A stretch of DNA of 64,000 nucleotides from a virus: the IMG/VR virus record IMGVR_UViG_3300009093_000005; one strand, given 5' to 3'. Shown here one piece after another: positions 1-8,182 of this stretch. The first letter of the stretch is position 1, and every line of letters begins with the position of its first letter. The notes below the pieces were generated by a model, which saw only the letters and a list, made by a program, of their open reading frames with translations, did no database searches and was not told the origin of the DNA. The translations under genes and the position numbers were made by a program.

Positions 1-96
1 GAGGAGCCATATCGATGAAGCTGCAGTCTTTATGTGCCCGATCGGTTGGCCGTCTATTATCATGGCGACCAAGACGGCGCACAAAATCGACTCCAT
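1..96 (-). CDS. Hypothetical protein, 5' part only (runs off left edge)
   Basis: ATG at 96 with GGAG upstream; open to position 1 (MESILCAVLVAMIIDG...); co-oriented with neighbours. Confidence 0.4.
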   Translation of the reverse strand, partial: MESILCAVLVAMIIDGQPIGHIKTAASSIWLL

Positions 97-152
97 GAAA
101 ACTCCATCGCTTGGACACCGAAAGTTTACTGGACTTCCGGTGTCTGATGTCC

Positions 153-341
153 TCAATGGAAGCGATTGAAAAGTAAGATGGTTGCCGCGCCGATGCAAAA
201 ACCGATCATGGCTGATATGATCAGATTTACCACAGAAGCGATTTCCAAGCTTCTGTGGTATCTGTCCAATTGGTGAAAAGGAACCTCGGCAATCCGATGC
301 CGTTGGGCTTCAGGCGTATCAATGAATGGGACACGTTTCAT
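153..341 (-). CDS. Small membrane protein, hypothetical
   Basis: 62 aa, C-terminal hydrophobic stretch (IASVVNLIISAMIGFCIGAATILLF); 4-bp overlap with upstream gene. Confidence 0.6.
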   Translation of the reverse strand: MKRVPFIDTPEAQRHRIAEVPFHQLDRYHRSLEIASVVNLIISAMIGFCIGAATILLFNRFH

Positions 342-952
342 ATCTCTAAGGCCTCTTGAGCAGAGTCTATGGTTGAGCAGGCCTTGTCGATCGATTTGGC
401 GAGCGCATCGCGACTTCGCTCCGCAACGGTGTTGATGCCGGCCTTCTCGTCTCGACTCGGATCATATCGACCGAGGATGAAATCAGGGCGGCGCTGATTC
501 GGTTGCGGGCACGCGGCAATGATCTTCCACCCTTGGTCCAGATGCGTTTGCAACGCGTCCGTGCAGGCGTCCTCTGCCAGCATAACACTGTTGAAAAGCA
601 TCAGCCCCATTCCAGGCGTATAGACTTCGACGCGCTCGTTGAAGTGGGCATTGCCTGTTGCGCCAAATGAGCTTGCGAAAGTCTCCATCTTCGCCGCAAG
701 GTGCTCCATTCGCTCCAGAGTTCGAATGTAGTGATCTTCGGTGATGAACGCCTCCGATACGACCTTGCCCTCTTCGCCAGACAGAACCCAGGTTATGTAC
801 TGGTCTCCTGTCATCGTGATGTTTGTCATATTCACATCTGTGGCGTCTTGCACCTTGATGCCAAGGTCGCGCAACTTCTGCTTCCTTTTGGAAATCTTCT
901 CTTCGCCTTCGGAGGCGTAAATGTACCCCAACTGAACAGTGAGAACTCTCAT
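338..952 (-). CDS. Hypothetical phage protein
   Basis: 204-aa ORF tightly packed in the leftward cluster. Confidence 0.75.
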   Translation of the reverse strand: MRVLTVQLGYIYASEGEEKISKRKQKLRDLGIKVQDATDVNMTNITMTGDQYITWVLSGEEGKVVSEAFITEDHYIRTLERMEHLAAKMETFASSFGATGNAHFNERVEVYTPGMGLMLFNSVMLAEDACTDALQTHLDQGWKIIAACPQPNQRRPDFILGRYDPSRDEKAGINTVAERSRDALAKSIDKACSTIDSAQEALEI

Positions 953-955
953 GAT

Positions 956-1735
956 TTAGTCATCCAAGCGTTTGGTGATTTCGATTGATTGGCCGGCGCG
1001 ATATCCGGCCTCCTTAGCGCGCTGCATATGAACATAGTCATCGATCGAGCCAGGCGCTGATACGGATCGAGATTTGCTCTGGTATTTCACTGACCCGAAC
1101 TCCTCGTCGACCTGCGCCGCCTTGGCCACAACGAGAGAAGTTCCGGTGCCGTGGTAGGTGATCTTCTCTCGTTCGGTCATCATCTCATCGAACTTGATTC
1201 GCAACGCCCTTGCAGCGTTAGTTTTGAACTCGGACCCTAGGCGAACGTTGTATCGGCCTGGGTGGTTCTCCTGCATGTACTTCTTACAAAGATGGTCGAT
1301 ATTGTTCAGAAGTCTTTCCAGCATCTGCTTGGCCAACTCGACATCATTCTTGTAGCCTCTGAAGACAACCCTCTTGCCTGTGCTCTTCGTGAATCCTCCG
1401 CCAACTTTAGCGTTCTGATTGGCCTTGGATTGCATCTTGTAATCCATCGTCGCCCACTCGCTGACGGCGTGGCAATCGTTGTACTGCGCGATGGCGACAG
1501 AAAGGATATCGATGTGGTAAGGCATGGCGCTAAAGGCTCGCGTAACAGCCTCTCTAGCGAACTCCTGGGGCGCCGCTTCGGACACATCATACTCGTCCAG
1601 CTGGTGCTTGTCCATAAGCGCCCGTGCACGCTGCGCGGCGATCGCGGCCTCGTTCGGGCTGGAGGCGTCCTGCGCCATGGCCAGAAGCTTAGCGATACGT
1701 TCTTTGATCTTGTCGAGATTTTCGCGGGATTCCAT
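956..1735 (-). CDS. DUF2786-family protein
   Basis: N-terminal IKERIAKLLAMA...NEAAIAAQRARALMDKH matches the DUF2786 pattern; start reassigned to ATG 1735 (AAGGA RBS). Confidence 0.75.
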   Translation of the reverse strand: MESRENLDKIKERIAKLLAMAQDASSPNEAAIAAQRARALMDKHQLDEYDVSEAAPQEFAREAVTRAFSAMPYHIDILSVAIAQYNDCHAVSEWATMDYKMQSKANQNAKVGGGFTKSTGKRVVFRGYKNDVELAKQMLERLLNNIDHLCKKYMQENHPGRYNVRLGSEFKTNAARALRIKFDEMMTEREKITYHGTGTSLVVAKAAQVDEEFGSVKYQSKSRSVSAPGSIDDYVHMQRAKEAGYRAGQSIEITKRLDD

Positions 1736-1790
1736 TTCTTGTTCCTTTCTGAGAAAGCTGACGGAATTCTCCGCCAGCTTTGTGGAGCGA

Positions 1791-2726
1791 TCAACCGAAA
1801 AAGTTGTCAGCGCAAACTGGACCAATGCCGCGAGCCACGCTATCCGGATCAGTCAGATCACGGCCGCAGCAAGAGCACACACCGAACTTCTTGCCGAAAG
1901 CTATCGCAGAGTTCTCCGGATCGGCGCAAGCCGCTTCCACCGCATGCTTCATGTCGCCATCGCACTCGCGACTGGCAAAGAACTTTCCATCGGCGATCTT
2001 TCCGAGGTAGGTGCCGTCATTCGTCGAATGCTTAACGTACACAGCACCAGCATTCTTGCCGTGATCCGGCGCGCGAGAGAAGCAAAGCTTTACCGCCCCG
2101 CCCAACAGGTACATCTTCGGGAATCGCAACCCCTTCGACTTGGCGCGAGCGAACGCGTCCAGGATAGGTTGGATATTCACCGGCGCGGCTGCAGCAACTT
2201 GCGCCTCTCGCTGGAGTTCGAGCGCCTTCTGGGCGTCGCCGAATTTCTGCGCGCACTTGAGTGCAGCGGTGATTTGCCCTGGCGTCAACGATCCAAATTT
2301 GCGCGCCTTCTCCCGGAGATCGATGGCGAATTGAAACGTGCTGTCTTTCCACCACGCGGCGATGGCTGGATACTCTGACTCGACCTTCGCTAAGTTCTCC
2401 TCCAGCTTCCGTTCCTTGCGCTCGGCGGATTTGATCTTGTTGGCGTCGCGCACCGCCTTGGGCGTCTTGAATGTCAAAACTCCTTTTCCGTTGCAAGCGA
2501 AGCACTCAGAGCCGTAGTTGGAATACCCGCGATAGGTTCCGGTTCCACCGCACTTACGGCAAGGCTCGCTGTACAGTGTCTCAGCGCGATCGGTCGGCAT
2601 CCTCTTTTCGAAGCGAGAAGGCTTCTTTCCGACGCGCTCGGCGCCGACTTCACCGACATCGTCGTCTTCCATGTCAGAGAAGAAGTCCGAGGACGAGCGA
2701 TCGTCTTTACGGGTTGCGAGTTCCAT
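1791..2726 (-). CDS. Zn-binding protein with DnaJ-like CxxCxGxG pair and C-terminal DUF6011-like CxxC domain
   Basis: CRKCGGTG...CFACNGKG; C-terminal CSCCGRDLTDPDSVARGIGPVCA. Confidence 0.75.
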   Translation of the reverse strand: MELATRKDDRSSSDFFSDMEDDDVGEVGAERVGKKPSRFEKRMPTDRAETLYSEPCRKCGGTGTYRGYSNYGSECFACNGKGVLTFKTPKAVRDANKIKSAERKERKLEENLAKVESEYPAIAAWWKDSTFQFAIDLREKARKFGSLTPGQITAALKCAQKFGDAQKALELQREAQVAAAAPVNIQPILDAFARAKSKGLRFPKMYLLGGAVKLCFSRAPDHGKNAGAVYVKHSTNDGTYLGKIADGKFFASRECDGDMKHAVEAACADPENSAIAFGKKFGVCSCCGRDLTDPDSVARGIGPVCADNFFG

Positions 2727-2747
2727 GGCGTTTAGCTCCTTTGTGGA

Positions 2748-2942
2748 TCAAGCGACTACATTGAAGTAAAAGTGGACCTGCTTGTCGATGGCTCGTTGCC
2801 CGACTGCCACCGGGAAGAACCGTCCACCCTTCGTCATCATGACGAAGTAGCGCACGTCCGAGAACTTCTTGTCGAAGGCCTTCTTGGCGTTCTCTTCGGT
2901 CGCGTAGGTTTTGGACGGCTGGATTTCAAAGAAGTGGTTCAT
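2748..2942 (-). CDS. Small hypothetical early protein
   Basis: Starts at the repeat ATG (MNHFFEIQ...), 64 aa. Confidence 0.75.
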   Translation of the reverse strand: MNHFFEIQPSKTYATEENAKKAFDKKFSDVRYFVMMTKGGRFFPVAVGQRAIDKQVHFYFNVVA

Positions 2943-2984
2943 GGCGTTTAGCTCCAATGGGGCCGGGTCGCCCCGGCGTGAAGA

Positions 2985-3209
2985 TCAGTGGGTTTGACCG
3001 GCCCAACGCGTGATGCACTCAGCGCGCCAATCATACGAGTCCTTTGCGACATCGTATTGGCTCGGCTCGTAACGACCGACCATCCTCCATTCGCGGTCAA
3101 TGCGCACTTCCACGAAATAGTGGCTGAGTTGGAAATCGCCGTTGACCGCAACCAGACGTACCAAGTTGCCGTTGCTTGCGACCGTCTTCTCTAATGTGGT
3201 GCTGTTCAT
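2985..3209 (-). CDS. Small hypothetical early protein
   Basis: Starts at the repeat ATG (MNSTTLEK...), 74 aa. Confidence 0.75.
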   Translation of the reverse strand: MNSTTLEKTVASNGNLVRLVAVNGDFQLSHYFVEVRIDREWRMVGRYEPSQYDVAKDSYDWRAECITRWAGQTH

Positions 3210-3237
3210 GGCGTTTAGCTCCGTAAATTCGCGTTGC

Positions 3238-3477
3238 TCAGATGACGAGTTTCTTAATGGTCGGAAGAGCCGATACCGGCGTTCTGTACGAGGGGCTGAA
3301 GGTAAACGAATTTCCGTTCTGCTTTACTACTATTATGTAATTGCTGCCGACTTGAATGCTGACCGTATCTGTAATCTTTACTTCGCCGTCCTCTGACTGA
3401 TTTGCCTCGGATACGGAAATGGCCTTGATACCTTGCAGTTCGAGGAATTTGGCGACTTGCGCGGCTTTGAAATTCAT
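3238..3477 (-). CDS. Small hypothetical early protein
   Basis: Starts at the repeat ATG (MNFKAAQV...), 79 aa. Confidence 0.75.
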   Translation of the reverse strand: MNFKAAQVAKFLELQGIKAISVSEANQSEDGEVKITDTVSIQVGSNYIIVVKQNGNSFTFSPSYRTPVSALPTIKKLVI

Positions 3478-3524
3478 GGCGTTTAGCTCCGGTTCGTACT
3501 TCGTTTCATCACATCTGAGACTCA

Positions 3525-3553
3525 ATTCTGATCCATCTTTCTGGCGCCGTCAA
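3525..3553 (-). promoter_or_regulatory. Sigma70-like leftward early promoter TTGACG-N17-CAGAAT
   Basis: -35 at 3548-3553, -10 at 3525-3530, exact 17-nt spacer, about 45 nt upstream of the first repeat-started gene. Confidence 0.6.
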
Positions 3554-3682
3554 CAACTTTGCGACACTATTTTCAACTTTCTGAGTTTCTTCAACGATAT
3601 CAACAGTTTACTGACTGTCAGGTACATGACTGTGGCCGTACAATACGCGCGATCACACCATATCCCGCGCGCCATGCTCCCA

Positions 3683-6052
3683 ATGATTCTCAAGAAACTG
3701 TTCTCGCGCTCGAAGGCGCCCGAAGCCAAGCCGAACGAGGAGCAGCGCCGCGAAGCAATGGCCGTGGACCCATTGGACCCTGTGGCCCGGAGGAGCGGTT
3801 CCATGTCGCTTTCCGACTGGGACAGGAAAGAGCCACAGTTTCATGAGATAAGACTCAGAGCGGCCAACGAGTTCCCTGTGTTTGATGGCCTGCCCGGTGA
3901 CGAAGTCGGTGTGACGACACAAAAGGCGATCGGCGATGCGGCCATGAAGATTCACAACATGGCAATGGACGACGATACCGGAATGCTCAAGCAAGGGCCG
4001 TCCGAGTACGCGGTGCCGGCCGGCTTGCAGGCTTGGTACATGTCCCAGTCGTTCATCGGATATCAGGCCTGCGCCATCATCGCGCAGCACTGGCTCGTCG
4101 ATAAAGCTTGCACGATGGCTGGCGAGGATGCCGCGCGCAATGGCTGGGCGATCAAGGCGCGCGGCGGCGACGATCTTACCGAGGACCAGCACGAAGAGGT
4201 GATGGAGGCCGACAAGGCATTCAAGGTAAAGGACAACTTGATCGAGCTCAACCGCTTCAAGAACATCTTCGGCATCCGCGTTGCGATCTTCCAGGTGGAA
4301 TCTGACGATCCGCTGTATTACGAGAAGCCGTTCAACATCGATGGCGTCGCAAAAGGCTCATACAAAGGCATCTCACAGGTTGACCCGTACTGGATGATGC
4401 CTGTGATGACATCCAAGGGCACTAGCGATCCGTCCAGCAAGGACTTCTATGACCCTGAGTTTTGGACGATCAGCGGAAAGAAGTACCACAAGAGTCATCT
4501 GGTGATCGTTCGCGGTCCGCAACCTGCCGACATTCTCAAGCCCACTTATATCTTCGGCGGCGTGCCTCTTACGCAACGCATATACGAGCGTGTCTACGCC
4601 GCTGAGCGGACCGCGAACGAGGCGCCCTTGATGGCGTTGTCCAAGCGGACGATGGCCATTCACACAGACATGGACCGCGTTGTCGCCAACCAAACGGCAT
4701 TCGAAAATCGCCTGATGACCTGGATTCGCTATCGCGACAACCATGGCATCAAGGTGCTGGGCAAGGAAGAAGCGATGGAGCAGTTCGACATCAATATGTC
4801 GGACTTCGACAGCATCATCATGAACCAGTATCAGCTGGTCGCAGCCATCGCGCGTGTGCCTGCCACCAAGCTCCTTGGGACATCGCCGAAAGGGTTCAAC
4901 GCCACTGGCGAGTTCGAGATGCGCTCGTATCATGAGGAGCTTGAGAGCATTCAAGAGCACATCATGATGCCGCTGTTGCAACGGCACTATGACCTGATGA
5001 TGCGTCACCTTGGCCTCGCGACTCAGGTGGAAGTCGTTTGCAACGAAGTCGACTCGATGACGGCGAAGGAGCGCGCTGAGCTCAACGATCTGAAGGCGAA
5101 GACGGCCGAAACGCTCATCAACAATGGGACAATTTCGCCTGATGAAGACCGCAAGCGCATTCGTGAGGACGATAAGAGCGGTTACAATCAGTTGACGGAC
5201 GCGGATGCCGAGACCAAGCCTGGACTCTCTCCCGAGAATCTTGCAGAATTCCAGAAGGCCGGCGCGCAGCAAGAGAAAGGGAACGCTGCGGAGTTAACGG
5301 CAGGAGAGAAGACGGGCGAACAGACCGCGCCAGTCACAAAAGACCCTGAAGAGGACACATTGGCTGGAGGCCAGACGGCCTCGCGATCGACGCTGCAAGC
5401 ATTGATCCCAGCCATCTTGCACGGTCTCATAAAAGGCAACGAGCAGGACCAACCGGCAGACCCGATTCAGGCTGCGCTTCTTCTGCTCCTCCATAGTATA
5501 ATCGGCAAGAAAGATCAAGAGGCTTTGGAGCACGTCGATCCTCCGATCAGAGGCACGGCCCCTGGGACGCGCGGCATCGATCCATCAGTCGGTGGGATTC
5601 ACAATGTTGTCGGAAAGGTCCAGGATTGGAACCCGGCAAAGCTGCCTAAGCTGCGCGTTGGCGGTCTGAATCTCGTCATCGAAAACCCACGCGGCACGAT
5701 CCGCAAGGGAATGGATATGGACGGCAAGGAATGGCGAGTTAAGATGCCGCACCATTATGGATTCATCAAAGGGTACGATGGCGCAGACGGTGATGAGGTG
5801 GACTGCTTCGTTGGCCCGAATCCGAGATCGAGCAGCGTATTCGTCGTGAGCCAAAACGATTCACAAGGCGAGTTTGACGAGTACAAGTGCATGCTCGGAT
5901 TCGACACCGAAGAAGAGGCAAAAAGGGCATATGATGAATCGTTCACACGCGATTGGGACGGATTTGGATCGATCCAGAGTATGTCCATGGACGACTTCAA
6001 GAATTGGCTCGAAGCCGGAGAGGCAGCGCGTGCCGCTGAACAAGTGAAGTGA
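3683..6052 (+). CDS. Portal protein (DUF1073/HI1409-type) with C-terminal inorganic-pyrophosphatase-like (InPase) domain
   Basis: Portal motifs (QSFIGYQACAIIAQHWLVDKAC, ARVPATKLLGTSPKGFNATGE); C-terminal IENPRGTIRKG...HYGFIKG..GADGDEVDCFVG; first gene of head cluster; start could be 3626, 3674 or 3683. Confidence 0.85.
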   Translation: MILKKLFSRSKAPEAKPNEEQRREAMAVDPLDPVARRSGSMSLSDWDRKEPQFHEIRLRAANEFPVFDGLPGDEVGVTTQKAIGDAAMKIHNMAMDDDTGMLKQGPSEYAVPAGLQAWYMSQSFIGYQACAIIAQHWLVDKACTMAGEDAARNGWAIKARGGDDLTEDQHEEVMEADKAFKVKDNLIELNRFKNIFGIRVAIFQVESDDPLYYEKPFNIDGVAKGSYKGISQVDPYWMMPVMTSKGTSDPSSKDFYDPEFWTISGKKYHKSHLVIVRGPQPADILKPTYIFGGVPLTQRIYERVYAAERTANEAPLMALSKRTMAIHTDMDRVVANQTAFENRLMTWIRYRDNHGIKVLGKEEAMEQFDINMSDFDSIIMNQYQLVAAIARVPATKLLGTSPKGFNATGEFEMRSYHEELESIQEHIMMPLLQRHYDLMMRHLGLATQVEVVCNEVDSMTAKERAELNDLKAKTAETLINNGTISPDEDRKRIREDDKSGYNQLTDADAETKPGLSPENLAEFQKAGAQQEKGNAAELTAGEKTGEQTAPVTKDPEEDTLAGGQTASRSTLQALIPAILHGLIKGNEQDQPADPIQAALLLLLHSIIGKKDQEALEHVDPPIRGTAPGTRGIDPSVGGIHNVVGKVQDWNPAKLPKLRVGGLNLVIENPRGTIRKGMDMDGKEWRVKMPHHYGFIKGYDGADGDEVDCFVGPNPRSSSVFVVSQNDSQGEFDEYKCMLGFDTEEEAKRAYDESFTRDWDGFGSIQSMSMDDFKNWLEAGEAARAAEQVK

Positions 6053-6351
6053 ATATGATCACCAAATACATAGCAGTCGCCATTGTGGCCGTCGCCCCGC
6101 TTTCTTCCCATGCCGAATCAGGGCTGTGCGATTACATCTTGAAGACGGCCGACATGGCCATTCGAGATAGGAACGCGGGCGTGCCGTTGGCCACGGAATT
6201 GAATCGGTTCGCGTTGTATGACGGCGGAATGCTTCGCCTGCCCATGGACATCGTTCAAATGGATCAGGAAGTGATCCGAAAAGTCTATCGGCAAGAGTCC
6301 GACGACGTAACGATTAAGCGAGATATCATTCAATCTTGCATGGAGGCGTGA
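6049..6351 (+). CDS. Small exported protein with signal peptide
   Basis: MITKYIAVAIVAVAPLSSHA|E resembles a Sec signal with an SHA cleavage site. Confidence 0.65.
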   Translation: MNMITKYIAVAIVAVAPLSSHAESGLCDYILKTADMAIRDRNAGVPLATELNRFALYDGGMLRLPMDIVQMDQEVIRKVYRQESDDVTIKRDIIQSCMEA

Positions 6352-6352
6352 G

Positions 6353-6850
6353 ATGCCACTCTCCAAAGGGACCGGAAAAGAGGCGTTCAGCAAGAACGTC
6401 GAGACCGAAATGGCGGCAGGGAAACCTCAAAAGCAGGCCGTCGCCATCGCTTATTCAAAGCAAAGGAAGAATCGAATGAACAAGGATACCGCAAAGCAAG
6501 CAATGACCTTGATCCATGCGCTCGACAAGGCCCTTGATGCATGGAATGAGTCATCGCACAAACGCGCAGCCAACGGCCAGTTTGGCTCCGGTGGAGGCAG
6601 CAGCGGCAAGTCGGCGCCCAATGCTGGAAAGCAGCCAGATCACTCTTATGTGTCTCCAACAAAGGAGCACAAAAAGGCCATTGAATCGATGTTCACCAAG
6701 AATTATCAGAAAGCTCAAAATTCTTCTGGTGAAGGAAATGCTTGGCACCGCGCAGTATCGATGACGGTGAGCCAACTTCGCAAAGCTAATCCTGAGCTCA
6801 AAGAAGAACACGCATATCGGCAAGTAAAAGAGACTGTTTCTGACGAGTAA
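6353..6850 (+). CDS. Probable minor head-associated protein
   Basis: N-terminal MPLSKG...GKPQKQAVAIAYS micro-motif plus ALDAWNESSHKRAANGQFGSGGG motif, both seen in phage head clusters; possible internal start at 6476. Confidence 0.65.
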   Translation: MPLSKGTGKEAFSKNVETEMAAGKPQKQAVAIAYSKQRKNRMNKDTAKQAMTLIHALDKALDAWNESSHKRAANGQFGSGGGSSGKSAPNAGKQPDHSYVSPTKEHKKAIESMFTKNYQKAQNSSGEGNAWHRAVSMTVSQLRKANPELKEEHAYRQVKETVSDE

Positions 6851-7710
6851 TGGCCTTCCAAGCATCCAAGAAACGCGAACGTCGCGCCCGACAACCGCTC
6901 GCGCTCGGAAAGCCGATCGGCCCGAGTGCGGCCGTTCGCGTTTGGGCCGAGTCGCAGGTCAACAGCGTCGTAGCCGCGATGCTGGAGGATTATCGCGCTG
7001 AGATCAAGAAGGCGCTAGAGAATCCGGAAGTCCAAGAGCACTTCGCCGCCGACGCGGCCGAAACTTCCGTATTCCAGGCCGTACTGAGACGGCTACAGCG
7101 CAAGTGGGGAGAAGTGTTTCGAGGATTCAGCGCAAAGTACTCGGAGGAGTTTGTAGAGAAGGTCGACGAACACGCCAAGTCATCCACTTGGTACAGCCTG
7201 TCAGCCGCTGGCGTAACGCAGCCCAGATCGACTTACAGCGCGAACGTCGCCAACACGATTCAAGCCGCGAAAGACTTGAACTTTACGTTGGTGACGCGCG
7301 TACAGGAAGAAGTACACGAGAAAATCTACACAGCGGTGATGCTTTCGCTCACTTCTCCGAATCCGGAAGAGCAAGGCGCATCCGGCATCCAGAATGCACT
7401 GAAAGAAGTCGGAATCACAGCAAAAAAACGCGTTGAGCTAATCACGCGAGATCAGACCAGCAAGATGTACTCCTCTTTGGCTAGCGAACGTCTTCGCCAA
7501 AATGGATGCACTCATTTCAAATGGCTCCACTCCAGCGCCGGAAAGACGCCGAGAGAAAGCCATTTAGAAAAGGATGGTGAGATTTTTGAAATCGACGATC
7601 CGCGCTTATGGGAAGGCCCGAAAGGTGACCAAGGCCCTCCTGGATGGGCGATCAACTGTCGGTGCAGAATGACGCCTGTATTCGGCTATGCCGATGAGGA
7701 TGAAGAATAA
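6850..7710 (+). CDS. MuF-like minor head protein
   Basis: ITRDQTSK, WLHS...PRESHLEKDGEIF, PPGWAINCRC motifs; follows portal. Confidence 0.85.
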   Translation: MAFQASKKRERRARQPLALGKPIGPSAAVRVWAESQVNSVVAAMLEDYRAEIKKALENPEVQEHFAADAAETSVFQAVLRRLQRKWGEVFRGFSAKYSEEFVEKVDEHAKSSTWYSLSAAGVTQPRSTYSANVANTIQAAKDLNFTLVTRVQEEVHEKIYTAVMLSLTSPNPEEQGASGIQNALKEVGITAKKRVELITRDQTSKMYSSLASERLRQNGCTHFKWLHSSAGKTPRESHLEKDGEIFEIDDPRLWEGPKGDQGPPGWAINCRCRMTPVFGYADEDEE

Positions 7711-7914
7711 ATGGGAATGAAAGAGACCAACGGGGCCAATCAACCATTATGGAGCATCAAATTGGAACAAGCCAACTCCGTTGCCAGCACAAAGGTCGAT
7801 GTAATCCGTGAACGGCTAATCGAGGCCATCGAATTCATCGAGGAACTTCCATTCATGAGGCCGCAGTGGTGGTCGCTGGACATCGCGCTCATTCTACTGT
7901 TCGTGTGTTTTTGA
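7711..7914 (+). CDS. Small hypothetical protein with C-terminal hydrophobic tail
   Basis: 67 aa, abuts the MuF stop. Confidence 0.45.
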   Translation: MGMKETNGANQPLWSIKLEQANSVASTKVDVIRERLIEAIEFIEELPFMRPQWWSLDIALILLFVCF

Positions 7915-7920
7915 TGTGCG

Positions 7921-8019
7921 AGTTGGGGGAATTGAGTCAATTGCGGTATTTTCTATTCTCCCTACCTCTCTTCTCTTACTTCTCCTATTTAGAGTTGTAA
8001 ATAATAGTCAACTACAACT
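7921..8019 (+). promoter_or_regulatory. Conserved non-coding element copy 1 (candidate late promoter)
   Basis: AGTTGGGGGAATTGAGTC box, about 60-nt pyrimidine tract, TGTAAATAATAGTCAACTA; same architecture at 58048-58151. Confidence 0.55.
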
Positions 8020-8182
8020 TTCGGTGTTAGAAGTCTTGCGCGGCAAGCCGCACGCTCGGTGGGTTTGAAGTTGGCGCGGCAAAGACATAGGCCCAAACCG
8101 CAATTGGACCACGGTGAGTGAATTCGTACACAGAACAAACACACAATACACGCGAAGCACATTTACATCACCGAATCCAGGA

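Larger units (their letters stand above)
2724..3490 (-). repeat. Four identical 16-bp RBS/start repeats GGAGCTAAACGCCATG
   Basis: + strand catggcgtttagctcc at 2724-2739, 2940-2955, 3207-3222, 3475-3490; each supplies SD and ATG of a consecutive leftward gene. Confidence 0.95.

Noticed and set aside
2724-3490. Regularly recurring 16-bp repeat considered as a CRISPR or integron array
   Set aside because: Repeat is too short and non-palindromic, spacers are 200-270 bp protein-coding genes, and no cas or integrase gene is present
3419-3682. N-terminal extension of the portal ORF
   Set aside because: Overlaps the leftward gene and promoter; only an open frame upstream of the plausible starts
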